NCBI GenBank assembly: GCA_030428705.1
Contig: JAUIDI010000011.1
Location: forward strand, 26,574 to 90,573
Reading direction: 5' to 3'
DNA from: Bacteroidia bacterium
GTDB taxonomy: Bacteria; Bacteroidota; Bacteroidia; Flavobacteriales; Flavobacteriaceae
Length of the DNA: 64,000 nucleotides
The translations under genes and the position numbers were made by a program. The notes beneath the pieces were generated by a model that ran no database searches, had not been told where the DNA came from, and was given only the letters and a program-made list of their open reading frames with translations. Each line of letters opens with the position of its first letter. Position 1 is the stretch's first letter. Shown piece after piece: positions 38,311 through 48,791 of the stretch.

Positions 38311-38918
38311 AGAAAGTACTGGCAGGAGCATTGATTACCTTGGCGGCCATTTTGGTCTTTCGTTCTTGTTCCGAGGGCAAAGAGGAAAAATCCATACTTC
38401 AAGAAAACTCGATGCTGATTCAACACCAGATCGAGAATGTTTCAAAGTTGATTGTTACGGAAGGCCATTTTGCGGAAGTTTACAATTACAAAGATTCGCA
38501 GCAGCTTTTTGGTCCGTTGATTACCGCCGATAAAAAGGCCCTGGTCGTTGTCAATGCCGAGGTCACTGTGGCCTATGATTTGTCAAAAATAGATTTTGAG
38601 GTTGATGACACCGCCAAAACGTTGCGAATTAACAGTATTCCCGAACCTGAAATAAAATTAAATCCTGATTTTGAGTACTACGACGTAACCGCCGATTATT
38701 TCAATCCTTTCAATGCGGCCGACTACAATACCATCAAAAAGCACGTCAATGTTTCTTTAATGCGAAAGGTCGAGGCATCCTCGTTAAAAAGGAACGCTCA
38801 AAACCGCTTGATAAGCGAACTTCAGAAGTTTTATATTTTGACCAATTCCATGGGGTGGACTTTGGAATATCAGGGACAAGCAGTCAATGACTTCGACATA
38901 TTCGGATTGGCCGATTAG
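38307..38918 (+). CDS. DUF4230-like membrane-anchored protein
   Basis: 4-nt start/stop overlap with the GSCFA gene. N-terminal TM segment. EGHFAEVYNYKDS..KALVVVNAEVTVAYDLSKI resembles DUF4230. Confidence 0.6.
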   Translation: MKKVLAGALITLAAILVFRSCSEGKEEKSILQENSMLIQHQIENVSKLIVTEGHFAEVYNYKDSQQLFGPLITADKKALVVVNAEVTVAYDLSKIDFEVDDTAKTLRINSIPEPEIKLNPDFEYYDVTADYFNPFNAADYNTIKKHVNVSLMRKVEASSLKRNAQNRLISELQKFYILTNSMGWTLEYQGQAVNDFDIFGLAD

Positions 38919-38925
38919 TCACCGA

Positions 38926-40185
38926 TTATTCAACGAACTTCTTGGCCCATTTGATATATTGTTCCCAATCGTAATCGGTGACATCATGTATTCCGGTACG
39001 AATGTGATAGGCCACCGTATTCTGTATCGGCATATTTACTTCTGGCATTTCTGTCGTACCAATGCCCTTTTTACCGAATAATCCATAGACGGAGGTTGTA
39101 TAATGGGCGGACAGGAACTCGCCCTTGGGATCGGCCCATTCATCCTCTTGGGCACTTGCCACATATAGCGGCCGTGGCGCTATAAGGGCCAATAATTGAT
39201 GCTGGTCAACGGGCAACGCCTCTTCATTGTTGTTGTATACATTGAAATTATCGCAGAACCAATGCGGAAAACTCTCGTTGATACGGCCAACGGTTTCACC
39301 GAACCGGCGTTTTGAAAGTGCGGCCCCACCACAACCGGAATCATTACTGATTACCGCGGCAAAGCGATCGTCCATCGCACCTGCCCAAAGTGCGGCCTTG
39401 CCCAATCTTGAGTGGCCAAATACTATTACCTTGCCCACGGAACTATCTTGAACGAGATAATCCATGGCGCGGCTTAGGCCGAAGGCCCATGCGGCAATGC
39501 TTCCCCATTCATCAGCTTTTGGTTTTTCTTGCCCTGCCTCATAAAACAAACTATGCAATCCATCTGAAAAATCATTTTTGTCAGGGTCTATTTCTCCGTA
39601 ATAAATAGTTGCCAAACCCATTCCGGAAGCAATGATACTGGAAATATCCCAGCGGTTGATTCTGACGCCGCGCGATTTTTCGGTCGCGGTATTGTCCTTG
39701 ATTCCGAAACCTTCGTTGTTCATCGACCATGCTGAGCTAACAATCACATTTTCATCATTGGTCACCGTATGATTCCCATAAAAATTGAGGCCTAAGAATA
39801 AAGGAATTTTACCTGTGGTTTTGGGAAGGTACATCAAGATGGTAAACGACAGCGATTCTGTATCTTTTTTTAAGGTGACCTCCACTTGTTTTATATGGGC
39901 TGTTCCGCTAAGGGCATTAGTGTTTTCTTCGAGTATCTTGAAAGAAATATCATCCAAATTTCCAGGAACCTTGCCGTATACTTCATTTTCAAAGAAAGCA
40001 AGCAGTTCCGGACGTCTAATTTTGGACCAATCCCCGGTATTCTTGATTTGGGTTCCATCAAAGGAAGTCAACGGATCCGGTACAATGAATTTAGGCACTT
40101 TGTTTTCATCGTAATTGGGTTCAAACTGGGCAAAGGCCATGGAAGACATTATAGTAAGGAGATAAATAAAAAGAAATGATTTCAT
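38926..40185 (-). CDS. putative glucuronyl esterase (CE15-like alpha/beta hydrolase), secreted
   Basis: Signal peptide. VFGHSRLGKAALWAGAMDDRFAAVISNDSGCGGAA resembles the CE15 catalytic-serine region. Confidence 0.6.
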   Translation of the reverse strand: MKSFLFIYLLTIMSSMAFAQFEPNYDENKVPKFIVPDPLTSFDGTQIKNTGDWSKIRRPELLAFFENEVYGKVPGNLDDISFKILEENTNALSGTAHIKQVEVTLKKDTESLSFTILMYLPKTTGKIPLFLGLNFYGNHTVTNDENVIVSSAWSMNNEGFGIKDNTATEKSRGVRINRWDISSIIASGMGLATIYYGEIDPDKNDFSDGLHSLFYEAGQEKPKADEWGSIAAWAFGLSRAMDYLVQDSSVGKVIVFGHSRLGKAALWAGAMDDRFAAVISNDSGCGGAALSKRRFGETVGRINESFPHWFCDNFNVYNNNEEALPVDQHQLLALIAPRPLYVASAQEDEWADPKGEFLSAHYTTSVYGLFGKKGIGTTEMPEVNMPIQNTVAYHIRTGIHDVTDYDWEQYIKWAKKFVE

Positions 40186-40225
40186 TAATAGCGGCTATTG
40201 GATCGTGAAAATCAAATTAGCGTTT

Positions 40226-41977
40226 CTAAGCTACAAAACTTTTGGCCACCAAGGCCGTTCCATCGTCGATTAAGTGTCCAAACTCAGGGTGGTTCTCTTT
40301 GACGGTTTCAAGATGCGATAAGATTTCATTGGCAAATACAATATCGCCGTTGGTCTTGGCCAGTTCATAGAGTTCTACGGGCAACAACCAGTCCAAAGGA
40401 TGGTTTTCCTTGACTTCTTCAAAGACCTTATGACGTGAGATTGTGGTATTCGTTCCTTCCCGAAACTCCCTAATTTGTTGATATAATTGCTCTAACTTTA
40501 GTTTCTGCCCATCTTTTTCGGTCTTAATGGTCGAGCTGCTCAATTTGTGGGTAATCCGATCAAAACTGTTCAGATCGGCAGGGCCGTTGAACGCGGAGAC
40601 TATCCGTTCGCCGATGGCCATATTATAAAGTTCTTCATTCGATTCGAACAGTACTTTGTCTTTATGCAGTACTTTGCAGTTTTTCATAGTGACCAAGATA
40701 ATCTGTCCGCTGAGGTTACGGGTACCGGTAATAATATGCCCGGTGACCGTAATCTTGCCTTCGAATTCGAGCGATACCATTTCTCCCTCGTAAATATTAT
40801 AGGCTTTGAGATCTCGCGGACTCATATCCTCGATTGCGAGGTTAATGCCCTTTAGCTTGCCGATAGGACTACCAAAACCTGTTGAATGTCTTTCAACACT
40901 GTGTCCCACCAATTCCTTTTCGCGATAGGCAAGTGCTGTTGGTCCCTCCGTTTGAAAAAATACCGGTCTGCCCTCATGGGCGATCATGCTCTTAAAGTTT
41001 CCGGAAATCTGAAGGCCCGTACTTAATTCAATGGTGCCCAGCTCTTTTGAACGGATCAATTTTTCGAGTCCAGAGAATCCGCCTTTACGTAATGCCATGG
41101 TATTCGCGAATTCTTCCAAAACTTGACTGAGAAAAGCGAAATCGGGAGTCACGAACAATTGTGGCTGAGGTTTTGTAATATCGAAAGCAGTGCGCGCCGC
41201 TTCAATCGAATATGGAATCTTCTTGACTTTGTCGGTCATGCACCAAGCACTTTCACCGATTGAACTCAGTAGCCCGGCTCCGTATATTTTAGGATTTTTA
41301 ACGGTGCCTATGAGTCCATATTCCACGGTCCACCAATGCAGGTTTCTTATCAAGGCGATCTCACTCGGCTTGCCCATATTTTTTTGAAGTTCTTCTATGT
41401 GTTTTTCTGCCTTGTCGATTTCACTTTGAGGTGTGCCTGATGCCTCTTTTATGATGGACAAATGCCTGACGGCCTCATAAAGTTCAAAATCTTTGGCGTT
41501 CGAGATGGCCTTGCAGCCGATTTCCCCAAATCGTCTCAAATACTCGGCGTATTCAGGGTTGGCGATTATAGGTGCATGACCGGCCCCTTCGTGTATGATA
41601 TCAGGGGCAGGGGTATATTCGATATGTTCGAGTTGGCGAATATCGGAGGCGATTACCAGCACATTGTACGCTTGAAATTCCATAAAGGCGGACGGCGGTA
41701 TAAAACCGTCCACCGCGACCGCGGCCCACCCGATTTCCTTTAAAATACGGTTCATGCCATACATATTCGGAATATGGTCGATTGAGATTCCTGTTTTTTT
41801 AAGTCCGTCCAGGTACGATCGATGGGCGACCTTACTTAAATAATCGACATTTTTTCGCATCACGTATCGCCACACGGCCTGATCTATCGCAGAATATTCG
41901 GTATAGTTTTGGGGTTTGATATATTGTTTTAAGTGTTTGGGAAGCTTATCTAAGATGGCATTACTTTCGTATGTCAT
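40226..41977 (-). CDS. aromatic amino acid hydroxylase family protein, long form (583 aa)
   Basis: Iron-ligand region PAPDIIHEGAGHAPI in the N-terminal half. About 300 additional C-terminal residues have no recognised domain. Confidence 0.75.
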   Translation of the reverse strand: MTYESNAILDKLPKHLKQYIKPQNYTEYSAIDQAVWRYVMRKNVDYLSKVAHRSYLDGLKKTGISIDHIPNMYGMNRILKEIGWAAVAVDGFIPPSAFMEFQAYNVLVIASDIRQLEHIEYTPAPDIIHEGAGHAPIIANPEYAEYLRRFGEIGCKAISNAKDFELYEAVRHLSIIKEASGTPQSEIDKAEKHIEELQKNMGKPSEIALIRNLHWWTVEYGLIGTVKNPKIYGAGLLSSIGESAWCMTDKVKKIPYSIEAARTAFDITKPQPQLFVTPDFAFLSQVLEEFANTMALRKGGFSGLEKLIRSKELGTIELSTGLQISGNFKSMIAHEGRPVFFQTEGPTALAYREKELVGHSVERHSTGFGSPIGKLKGINLAIEDMSPRDLKAYNIYEGEMVSLEFEGKITVTGHIITGTRNLSGQIILVTMKNCKVLHKDKVLFESNEELYNMAIGERIVSAFNGPADLNSFDRITHKLSSSTIKTEKDGQKLKLEQLYQQIREFREGTNTTISRHKVFEEVKENHPLDWLLPVELYELAKTNGDIVFANEILSHLETVKENHPEFGHLIDDGTALVAKSFVA

Positions 41978-42004
41978 ATTCAGTGCATTTTTGTAGACTT
42001 AAAG

Positions 42005-42037
42005 GTACAAAAAAGCCCTGACGCTAACGTCAGGGCT
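42005..42037 (-). terminator. intrinsic terminator after the DUF4136 gene
   Basis: On the minus strand: GCCCTGACG-ttag-CGTCAGGGC followed by TTTTTTGT. Confidence 0.75.
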
Positions 42038-42060
42038 CGTACTTGTTGGGGGAAAACATC

Positions 42061-42633
42061 TTAGTTGGCCGCCACTGCATTCGGAGGGTAGGCCTCGAGT
42101 ATCTGTGAGACGAATTCTCGAATTCGTTCTTCTTTCTTTTCGATGTTCGAGGTATTGCTCAAATTGCCCACACCTTTGCCTTGCCACACCAATTCTTTGC
42201 TTTTAGAGTCGATAAGATCGATGTAAAGTGAACCTTCGGTACGGGTGCTGACGTTATTTCCGTAATATCCAGGGCCCCATCCGCCCCAGTACCATGGGCT
42301 CCATCCCCAACCAAATCGGCCGCCCCAGTAGTTGTTGTATATATCTACTTGTTCTTTTTCCTTAGTGAAAATGCTAATCAATATATCGGGGTTCTCCGAT
42401 TTGACGAAACCTCTTGAGCTTAACTCTGTGTCGATGGCCCTTAAAATCCTCTTTTTATCCAAATCGGAAATTTGGGCCTTATCGATTCCTGTTTTATAAA
42501 ACGCGTACGATTTATAGTTGTTGAAATTCGCCTCGCGATCATAATCCGAGAGTACACGCACAGAGGCGCAAGAACTTAAAAATAGCAAGGCCATCATCGG
42601 TATTGCCAAAATCTTAATCTTTTTCATAACCAA
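42061..42633 (-). CDS. DUF4136 domain lipoprotein
   Basis: Lipobox LFLSSCASVRV. DYDREANFNNYKSYAF is typical of DUF4136. Trp/Gly-rich insert WGGRFGWGWSPWYWGGWGPGYYG. Confidence 0.75.
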   Translation of the reverse strand: MVMKKIKILAIPMMALLFLSSCASVRVLSDYDREANFNNYKSYAFYKTGIDKAQISDLDKKRILRAIDTELSSRGFVKSENPDILISIFTKEKEQVDIYNNYWGGRFGWGWSPWYWGGWGPGYYGNNVSTRTEGSLYIDLIDSKSKELVWQGKGVGNLSNTSNIEKKEERIREFVSQILEAYPPNAVAAN

Positions 42634-42701
42634 AGTTTTTATGTAATGGAGTATCTATTTGTTGTAAAATAATTCTCAAAAATCATGCCGAAAAAGCTTT
42701 T

Positions 42702-42863
42702 TTAACCCTGTGTATTGGTCTTCGGATTATACCCATAAGGACAATGCCTACAACCGCTTTCACAACAATAACCTCTTTTTAGATGATATTGTTCGGTAAA
42801 GACCCGAAAACCTTCTTTTGACATATAGTAATCTCCTTCTTCAAGAGGAATAAATTCCTTCAT
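42702..42863 (-). CDS. small Cys-rich protein (53 aa, DUF5522-like)
   Basis: Translated by hand: MKEFIPLEEGDYYMSKEGFRVFTEQYHLKRGYCCESGCRHCPYGYNPKTNTQG. Below the 60-aa cutoff of the ORF track. It fills an otherwise empty gap. Confidence 0.55.
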   Translation of the reverse strand: MKEFIPLEEGDYYMSKEGFRVFTEQYHLKRGYCCESGCRHCPYGYNPKTNTQG

Positions 42864-43069
42864 ACGGCATAAATCTTCTTGTTTAGAATTTCCTAAAATT
42901 ACTCCAATTCTGTTAATAAGCGTGTTTTGATTTTCTTAAAACAATGTATTTTAGGGGAACAAACCGTTGTTTTAACGATTTGGTACAATTGTTGGCAACA
43001 TATACGTGTTAGCATCAAACGGGCTGTTTTAACAATTATCTTTGAATATGTCCGTTTAAACACTAGTCT

Positions 43070-43399
43070 ATGGTTTTGGTCTTTAAACATTTCTTCTATA
43101 AAAATTACGTAGGGCTTTCGTTATGGCCTTTCATCTTTCTAAAGAACGACGCCCTAAAAAACGACGCTGTACTTGTGAATCACGAGAAGATTCACTTAAA
43201 GCAACAACAGGAATTATTGATCTTGCCGTTCTACGTGCTGTATATTCTTGAATGGCTCCTACGTTCTCTTTTTTATTTGGATAGTTATAAGGCATATCAG
43301 AACATTAGTTTTGAGCGAGAGGCCTATCAGAATGAAAGGAATTTGAACTATCCATCGGAACGAAGGACTTTTGGGTTTTTAAAGTATCTTTTTTATTAA
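43070..43399 (+). CDS. hypothetical membrane protein with HExxH motif
   Basis: 109 aa. VNHEKIHLKQQQE (HExxH) followed by the hydrophobic segment LLILPFYVLYILEWLL. Confidence 0.5.
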   Translation: MVLVFKHFFYKNYVGLSLWPFIFLKNDALKNDAVLVNHEKIHLKQQQELLILPFYVLYILEWLLRSLFYLDSYKAYQNISFEREAYQNERNLNYPSERRTFGFLKYLFY

Positions 43400-43413
43400 G
43401 TTAAAAGGATAAT

Positions 43414-44322
43414 TTGGGGCCGGGCGAAAACCAATATGTAGAACTACCGATACTTACGGAAAAGAAACTGACCCTTTGCATCAAAAGGGAAGATTTGATC
43501 CATCCCCTAATTTCGGGAAACAAATACCGCAAACTAAAATACAACATTGCTACGGCCAAGGCCCAAAGCTCCAACACCCTTTTAACGTTTGGCGGGGCAT
43601 ATTCCAATCATATTGCGGCCACTGCCTATGCCGGAAGATTACATGGCCTTCGGACTATAGGGATAATCCGTGGTGAAGAACTTGAGGAAAAATGGATGGA
43701 AAACCCGACTTTGCGACAGGCTTCCGAACATGGAATGTATTTCAAATTTGTTGCAAGGGAGGTTTACCGCAAAAAGGAATCCCACGAATTTTTGAAACTT
43801 TTGGAAAAGGAATTCGGAAACTTTTATCTGCTTCCCGAAGGCGGTTCGAATGCCTTGGCGGTAAAGGGTTGTGAAGAAATACTCGGTACCGAAGACTGGG
43901 ATTTTGATGTTGTTTCTTGTGCCGTGGGTACTGGTGCAACCGTCGCGGGGATTGCCAATTCGGCACATGCCGAACAGCAGGTTTTGGGTTTCCCGGTACT
44001 CAAAGGTGATTTTTTAAGTCAAGATATTCGTAAATTTGCCCGTAAGGAGAATTGGAAATTGCTATCGGACTATCATTTCGACGGGTATGCAAAAGTGACG
44101 CCTGCACTTGTTCACTTTATCAATGATTTCCGTGACAAGACCCATATTCCCCTTGATTCCGTTTATACCGGAAAAATGATTTTCGGGATTTTGGACATGG
44201 TCAAAAAAGACTATTTCTCCCCGAAAACCAAAATTTTGGCCATTCATACCGGAGGGCTCCAAGGTATAGCAGGAATGAACCAAAGATTGAAAATGAAAAA
44301 CCTACCCTTGATTCACGTATGA
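43414..44322 (+). CDS. PLP-dependent ACC deaminase / D-cysteine desulfhydrase family protein
   Basis: ISGNKYRKLKYNI (lysine-containing GNKxRKL motif), FGGAYSNHIAATA, GGLQG. Only a TTG start is available in frame. Confidence 0.8.
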   Translation: MGPGENQYVELPILTEKKLTLCIKREDLIHPLISGNKYRKLKYNIATAKAQSSNTLLTFGGAYSNHIAATAYAGRLHGLRTIGIIRGEELEEKWMENPTLRQASEHGMYFKFVAREVYRKKESHEFLKLLEKEFGNFYLLPEGGSNALAVKGCEEILGTEDWDFDVVSCAVGTGATVAGIANSAHAEQQVLGFPVLKGDFLSQDIRKFARKENWKLLSDYHFDGYAKVTPALVHFINDFRDKTHIPLDSVYTGKMIFGILDMVKKDYFSPKTKILAIHTGGLQGIAGMNQRLKMKNLPLIHV

Positions 44323-45179
44323 TGAAGAAATTGCTATTGTCCGTAATATGCGGTACACTTCTTATCGGCTGTAAAGTAAAGCAAAGTGTCTCCATGAACA
44401 AGAACAACGGTCATTCGCCCAGGGCGACCGTAAAGAAGTCGGGTCAAAAAACCCATAACACTGACGGACTTTATATTTTGCCCGAAGATTCGGGCGAATT
44501 CGTTCGTTTTGAAGTCGCCTCGATTGATGAATATATCGATACTTTTTCCGAGATAGCTCAAATGGAAATGAAAGCTTACGGAATTCCGGCCAGCATTACA
44601 TTGGCCCAGGGACTACTTGAAAGCGGATTCGGTAGGGGCGAATTGGCCCGGAAGACCAATAACCATTTTGGCATTAAGTGCCATACCGGATGGGAAGGTG
44701 ATTTCGATCATCACGACGATGACGAAAAAGGCGAATGTTTTAGAAAGTACAACCACCCCATGTATTCGTACAGGGACCACAGTGTTTTTTTATCGGGCCG
44801 TAGCCGTTACTCCTTTCTTTTTGATTTACCGAGCGATGATTACAGGGCATGGGCCAAAGGCCTCCGTAAGGCCGGATACGCGACCGATAAACGATATCCG
44901 CAAAAATTGATTTCCTTGATCGAGCAACACGGGCTTCACAGATTTGATGTCGATGTGGTCAAGCAGGGCTATGGACGTATTGCCGCGGCCCAGGTTGCCG
45001 AAAATAAGCCACGGCCGACAAAAGTCGACACCCATATTGTAAAGCAAGGTGATACCCTATATTCCATTTCGCGAAAATATTCGGTTTCGGTCGATGACCT
45101 AAAGCGACTGAACTACATGTACGATAACAACATATCGGTCGGCCAAGAATTAGTGGTAAAGACGGCAAAATTTAATTGA
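44319..45179 (+). CDS. glucosaminidase-domain peptidoglycan hydrolase with C-terminal LysM
   Basis: [29 protein letters not shown] (glucosaminidase domain). [27 protein letters not shown] (LysM). Confidence 0.85.
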   Translation: MMKKLLLSVICGTLLIGCKVKQSVSMNKNNGHSPRATVKKSGQKTHNTDGLYILPEDSGEFVRFEVASIDEYIDTFSEIAQMEMKAYGIPASITLAQGLLESGFGRGELARKTNNHFGIKCHTGWEGDFDHHDDDEKGECFRKYNHPMYSYRDHSVFLSGRSRYSFLFDLPSDDYRAWAKGLRKAGYATDKRYPQKLISLIEQHGLHRFDVDVVKQGYGRIAAAQVAENKPRPTKVDTHIVKQGDTLYSISRKYSVSVDDLKRLNYMYDNNISVGQELVVKTAKFN

Positions 45180-45184
45180 TTCCA

Positions 45185-46468
45185 ATGATTTATAAGCGCA
45201 GTAGTGCCCTTTTTACAGAGGCCAAGACATATATTCCCGGGGGGGTGAATTCCCCTGTGAGGGCTTTTAAGGCGGTAGGTGGGGATCCGATTTTTGTAAA
45301 AGAGGCCAAAGGCGCCTATCTATATGACGAAGACGGTAATCGGCTTATTGATTATATCGCCTCTTGGGGACCATTGATTTTGGGCCATGCATACGAACCT
45401 GTCATCAATGCGGTCATTGACATGGCCAAAAAAGGCACTTCGTTTGGGATGCCCACCGCAATCGAAACGGAGTTGGCAAAGCTCGCCGTATCGATGGTGC
45501 CCAATATCGATAAGATCCGGTTCGTAAACAGTGGTACCGAGGCCTGTATGAGCGCTGTACGCTTGGCCCGTGGTTTTTCGGGAAAGGACAAGATTATCAA
45601 ATTCGCCGGATGTTATCATGGCCATTCGGATTCATTCTTGATACAGGCGGGGAGTGGCGCCGTTACTTTTGGGAGTCCGAATAGCCCGGGAGTTACCCAA
45701 GGTACCGCAAAAGATACGTTATTGGCCAACTATAACGACCTTGATAGTGTCGAGGCCATTGTCAAGGCGAATAAAGAAGAAATCGCCGCGATTATCATAG
45801 AACCTATTGCAGGAAATATGGGGTGTATCATCCCGAAGATTGGATTTATGGAAGGATTGCGGAAAATCTGTGATCAAGAAAACATATTGTTGATCTTCGA
45901 TGAAGTGATGACAGGTTTTCGTCTAGGAAAAGGCGGTGCGCAAGAGGCACTTAAAATCAATGCCGATATTCTTTGTTTCGGGAAGGTTATCGGTGGCGGT
46001 CTTCCTGTCGGGGCATTTGCGGCTCGAAATGAAATAATGGATTATTTGGCACCTGAAGGACCTGTATACCAGGCAGGTACACTAAGTGGTAATCCGTTGG
46101 CAATGAGCGCTGGACTGGCCATGCTCACCGAGTTGAATGCACGCCCGGAGATATTCAAAAGTTTGGCCGATAAGACTGAATACCTGCACAAGGGCCTTGA
46201 CGAAGTATTGAGCACAAAAGGCGTACCCTATCAGATCAATCGTTTCGGAAGCATGATCTCGGTACACTTTACCAAAGAACCTGTCGTTGATTTTCAGACT
46301 TCCGCCAAAGGAAATAATGAAACGTTCAAAAAATACTTTCACGGCATGCTGCAAAATGGTATTTACCTACCGCCAAGTGCTTTTGAAAGTTATTTTTTGA
46401 ACGATGCTTTGACCTATCATGATTTGGATGAGACGATTAGAACCTTGGAACTTTTGGATTTAAAATAG
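45185..46468 (+). CDS. hemL: glutamate-1-semialdehyde 2,1-aminomutase
   Basis: [26 protein letters not shown], and FDEVMTGFR with PLP lysine region [14 protein letters not shown]. Confidence 0.95.
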   Translation: MIYKRSSALFTEAKTYIPGGVNSPVRAFKAVGGDPIFVKEAKGAYLYDEDGNRLIDYIASWGPLILGHAYEPVINAVIDMAKKGTSFGMPTAIETELAKLAVSMVPNIDKIRFVNSGTEACMSAVRLARGFSGKDKIIKFAGCYHGHSDSFLIQAGSGAVTFGSPNSPGVTQGTAKDTLLANYNDLDSVEAIVKANKEEIAAIIIEPIAGNMGCIIPKIGFMEGLRKICDQENILLIFDEVMTGFRLGKGGAQEALKINADILCFGKVIGGGLPVGAFAARNEIMDYLAPEGPVYQAGTLSGNPLAMSAGLAMLTELNARPEIFKSLADKTEYLHKGLDEVLSTKGVPYQINRFGSMISVHFTKEPVVDFQTSAKGNNETFKKYFHGMLQNGIYLPPSAFESYFLNDALTYHDLDETIRTLELLDLK

Positions 46469-46476
46469 AAAACTGA

Positions 46477-47385
46477 TTAAGGCTTTGTGATGCCCCTCTT
46501 TTCAATTCTGTTCTTCAAATGGAATTCGTTACATAACTCTGTCATTTTTTGCGAAAAGGCTTTTTTATAAAACTGTGGCATTTCAGAGCTTTTCATGAAG
46601 TAGCTCAAATACTTCTTTTCCAATTCGGGATAATGTTTTTTGATGGCTTTCATGACCAAAGTCTTACTTGCTGCTTTTTCATTGCCGAATAACGAGAGGG
46701 TAGCAGGTAAAACATAATCGATATTACTTTCTTTTAAAGTAGAGAACAACAAATCTAGATGCTCGGTGGTATCTGAAATAAAGGGAAGCAATGGCATTAA
46801 ACTAGCCCCGGTCAGAAATCCTTCTTGTCTGGTTTTGATCATTGCCTTTAGCCTTTTGTTCGGTTTGGTTGCGCCTTTTTCAAATATGTTGGCCACATTT
46901 TCATCTAGCGTTGAAAATGAAAATGAAACGATAACCCCTTTGTCCAAACGATCTCCAAGGTCATTTGGCAATATGGCTCTGTTATTGATTCGATGAAGCA
47001 GGTCAAAATCACGTGTTATCAGGTCTGATTTAGTAATGATATGTACGGGAAATCTAAACTTATTGATTATTTCAAGAGCGCCACGGGTCATTTGGTACTC
47101 CCGTTCAATTTGTAGATATGGATCGGTTGCCGAGGAAAGTACTATAATTCCATATTGTCCTTTTTTGGCCCTATTAAAAAGCTGTCTATCCAATAACTCT
47201 AGGGCATTCGTTTTGATAGACAGACTTTCTTCAAGGTTGGTGCCGTATTTGCTACCGCGTATGTAGCAATAAAGACAATTGAATGAACAACTACTATATA
47301 GGTTCAAGGTATAATCATCAAGAAACCAATCGTCTCTTCGCCTTGTTTTGTTCAGAACCGATTTAACTTCAATTTTCTTGGGCAT
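46477..47385 (-). CDS. radical SAM protein (SPL/photolyase-like subgroup)
   Basis: CxxxCxxC cluster motif CSFNCLYCY near the N-terminus; 302 aa. Confidence 0.8.
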   Translation of the reverse strand: MPKKIEVKSVLNKTRRRDDWFLDDYTLNLYSSCSFNCLYCYIRGSKYGTNLEESLSIKTNALELLDRQLFNRAKKGQYGIIVLSSATDPYLQIEREYQMTRGALEIINKFRFPVHIITKSDLITRDFDLLHRINNRAILPNDLGDRLDKGVIVSFSFSTLDENVANIFEKGATKPNKRLKAMIKTRQEGFLTGASLMPLLPFISDTTEHLDLLFSTLKESNIDYVLPATLSLFGNEKAASKTLVMKAIKKHYPELEKKYLSYFMKSSEMPQFYKKAFSQKMTELCNEFHLKNRIEKRGITKP

Positions 47386-47575
47386 CTTCTTGTCCTATGG
47401 AAATTTGAGATTAAAAGAAATACGTTTAAGTGACCAAGCTTTTCTAATTTAGGAATTACCATGGAATTTTCAATTGGCCTTAAACTATAATTGATTTTGT
47501 TTCAAAAAAAGAAGGTGGTAATATAGAATAACAAAGAGAATCTCATATGTATTTATCAACTACCCGAATGTCGAA

Positions 47576-47611
47576 CAAAAAAAGCCGTTCACAATTCGTG
47601 AACGGCTTTTT
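47576..47611. terminator. bidirectional intrinsic terminator
   Basis: A-run, then GCCGTTCAC-aattc-GTGAACGGC, then TTTTT. Lies 30 nt downstream of the minus-strand gene ending at 47642. Confidence 0.7.
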
Positions 47612-47641
47612 CATCAACTAACTAATCAACCAACTATTCTT

Positions 47642-48097
47642 TTATCTTCGGCCTTTTTTGTACTTATTTCGGGCTTCGATTTTTTTACCTTTTTTATACC
47701 GACCATAACGATGTGCCATTTTCTGCCATTTATCATATTGTTCGGGCGACAAAATTTTCTTGAACTTTGCTTTTTGGGCAATTTGACGGTCGAGACGTTC
47801 ATTTTGCATCGTAAAACGCTCTTCTTGTGTTGACTTCTTACGTTCCCCATCCTCTTTCATCGCTTTGAGTTCGTCCATTTTAGCCTTGCGTGCTTTGGCA
47901 TTTTCAAGATTCAGAGTCTGTATTTGCGATTGTTGGGCTTCGGTAAGGTCGAGGGCCAAGGTCATTTTCTTGGTTTGTAAGGTAGCTATTTGCTCAGGGG
48001 TAAAATCTTTCATACCCTTTCGATGAACGTTCCCTTCCCTTTGGGCGAGGCCGGCCACACCGGTCAGTAGTAACATTGCTATTATTATTGTCTTCAT
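47642..48097 (-). CDS. periplasmic LTXXQ-motif (Spy/CpxP-like) protein
   Basis: Signal peptide, repeated FTPEQ / LTEAQ / LSPEQ motifs, and a basic tail. Confidence 0.6.
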   Translation of the reverse strand: MKTIIIAMLLLTGVAGLAQREGNVHRKGMKDFTPEQIATLQTKKMTLALDLTEAQQSQIQTLNLENAKARKAKMDELKAMKEDGERKKSTQEERFTMQNERLDRQIAQKAKFKKILSPEQYDKWQKMAHRYGRYKKGKKIEARNKYKKGRR

Positions 48098-48203
48098 AAC
48101 ATAAACTTTAAATGATTTATACCTAAGATGTCCTGATGGGGAGATAGTTTAATCTATTTTATGAATTTGACACTTTTTTAACACCTGCAGTATCGATACC
48201 AAT

Positions 48204-48237
48204 AAAAAAGGGCAAGGATGAAAATCCTTGCCCTTTT
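48204..48237 (-). terminator. intrinsic terminator downstream of the 56-aa ORF
   Basis: GGGCAAGGA-tgaaaa-TCCTTGCCC flanked by an A-run (a T-run on the minus strand). Confidence 0.6.
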
Positions 48238-48258
48238 GGAGGTAGCAGTAGGTCGTTC

Positions 48259-48429
48259 TTATTGAATATTTTGATTCATTGTTTCTATAGTGGTTTGCTC
48301 GACATCGGCTTTTGCCAGTTCGTTCACATCAGAAATTATACGCTGTGAAGCCGATACATTATAATAATAAGTTATGGCGGCAATCACGAAACTTGCGAAA
48401 TACAGTAAACTTTTAGTTTTATATGACAT
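48259..48429 (-). CDS. possible small membrane protein (56 aa)
   Basis: Hand translation: MSYKTKSLLYFASFVIAAITYYYNVSASQRIISDVNELAKADVEQTTIETMNQNIQ. It has one hydrophobic segment and is followed by a terminator. Below the ORF-track cutoff. Confidence 0.35.
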   Translation of the reverse strand: MSYKTKSLLYFASFVIAAITYYYNVSASQRIISDVNELAKADVEQTTIETMNQNIQ

Positions 48430-48753
48430 GACGTTTGGTTTTTAATTCTTCGACTAAATTAGGCATTACCCTAACCCAAAAAAGGGCTTTGTTGCGAAAC
48501 GGTACTTATAAGATGTCAAATGTACCATTGTTGTGGAATACCGGTTTTTTTTATCGGATTTAAATGCATTTTGACGTAGAACCTATAAAAATGCATGCAA
48601 TAGATTATTGCGGACGAATCAGTTTTCGAAGTTTCGATTTGATTTAAAATCAATCGGAAAATTCTTTTTTTTTTGAGTTGAACTGTAACATTTTACTTTT
48701 TTATCAGTCTTATATATAGAAAATCTCATTTTTCAATTAGCGAATTAGTCAAG

Positions 48754-48791
48754 ATAAAGCTGTCATAAACGATATGGCAGCTTTATTTTTT
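48754..48791 (+). terminator. orphan intrinsic terminator in a long intergenic region
   Basis: ATAAAGCTGTCAT-aaacgat-ATGGCAGCTTTAT (13-bp stem with one G-U pair) followed by TTTTT. No plus-strand ORF longer than 25 aa lies upstream. Confidence 0.65.
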
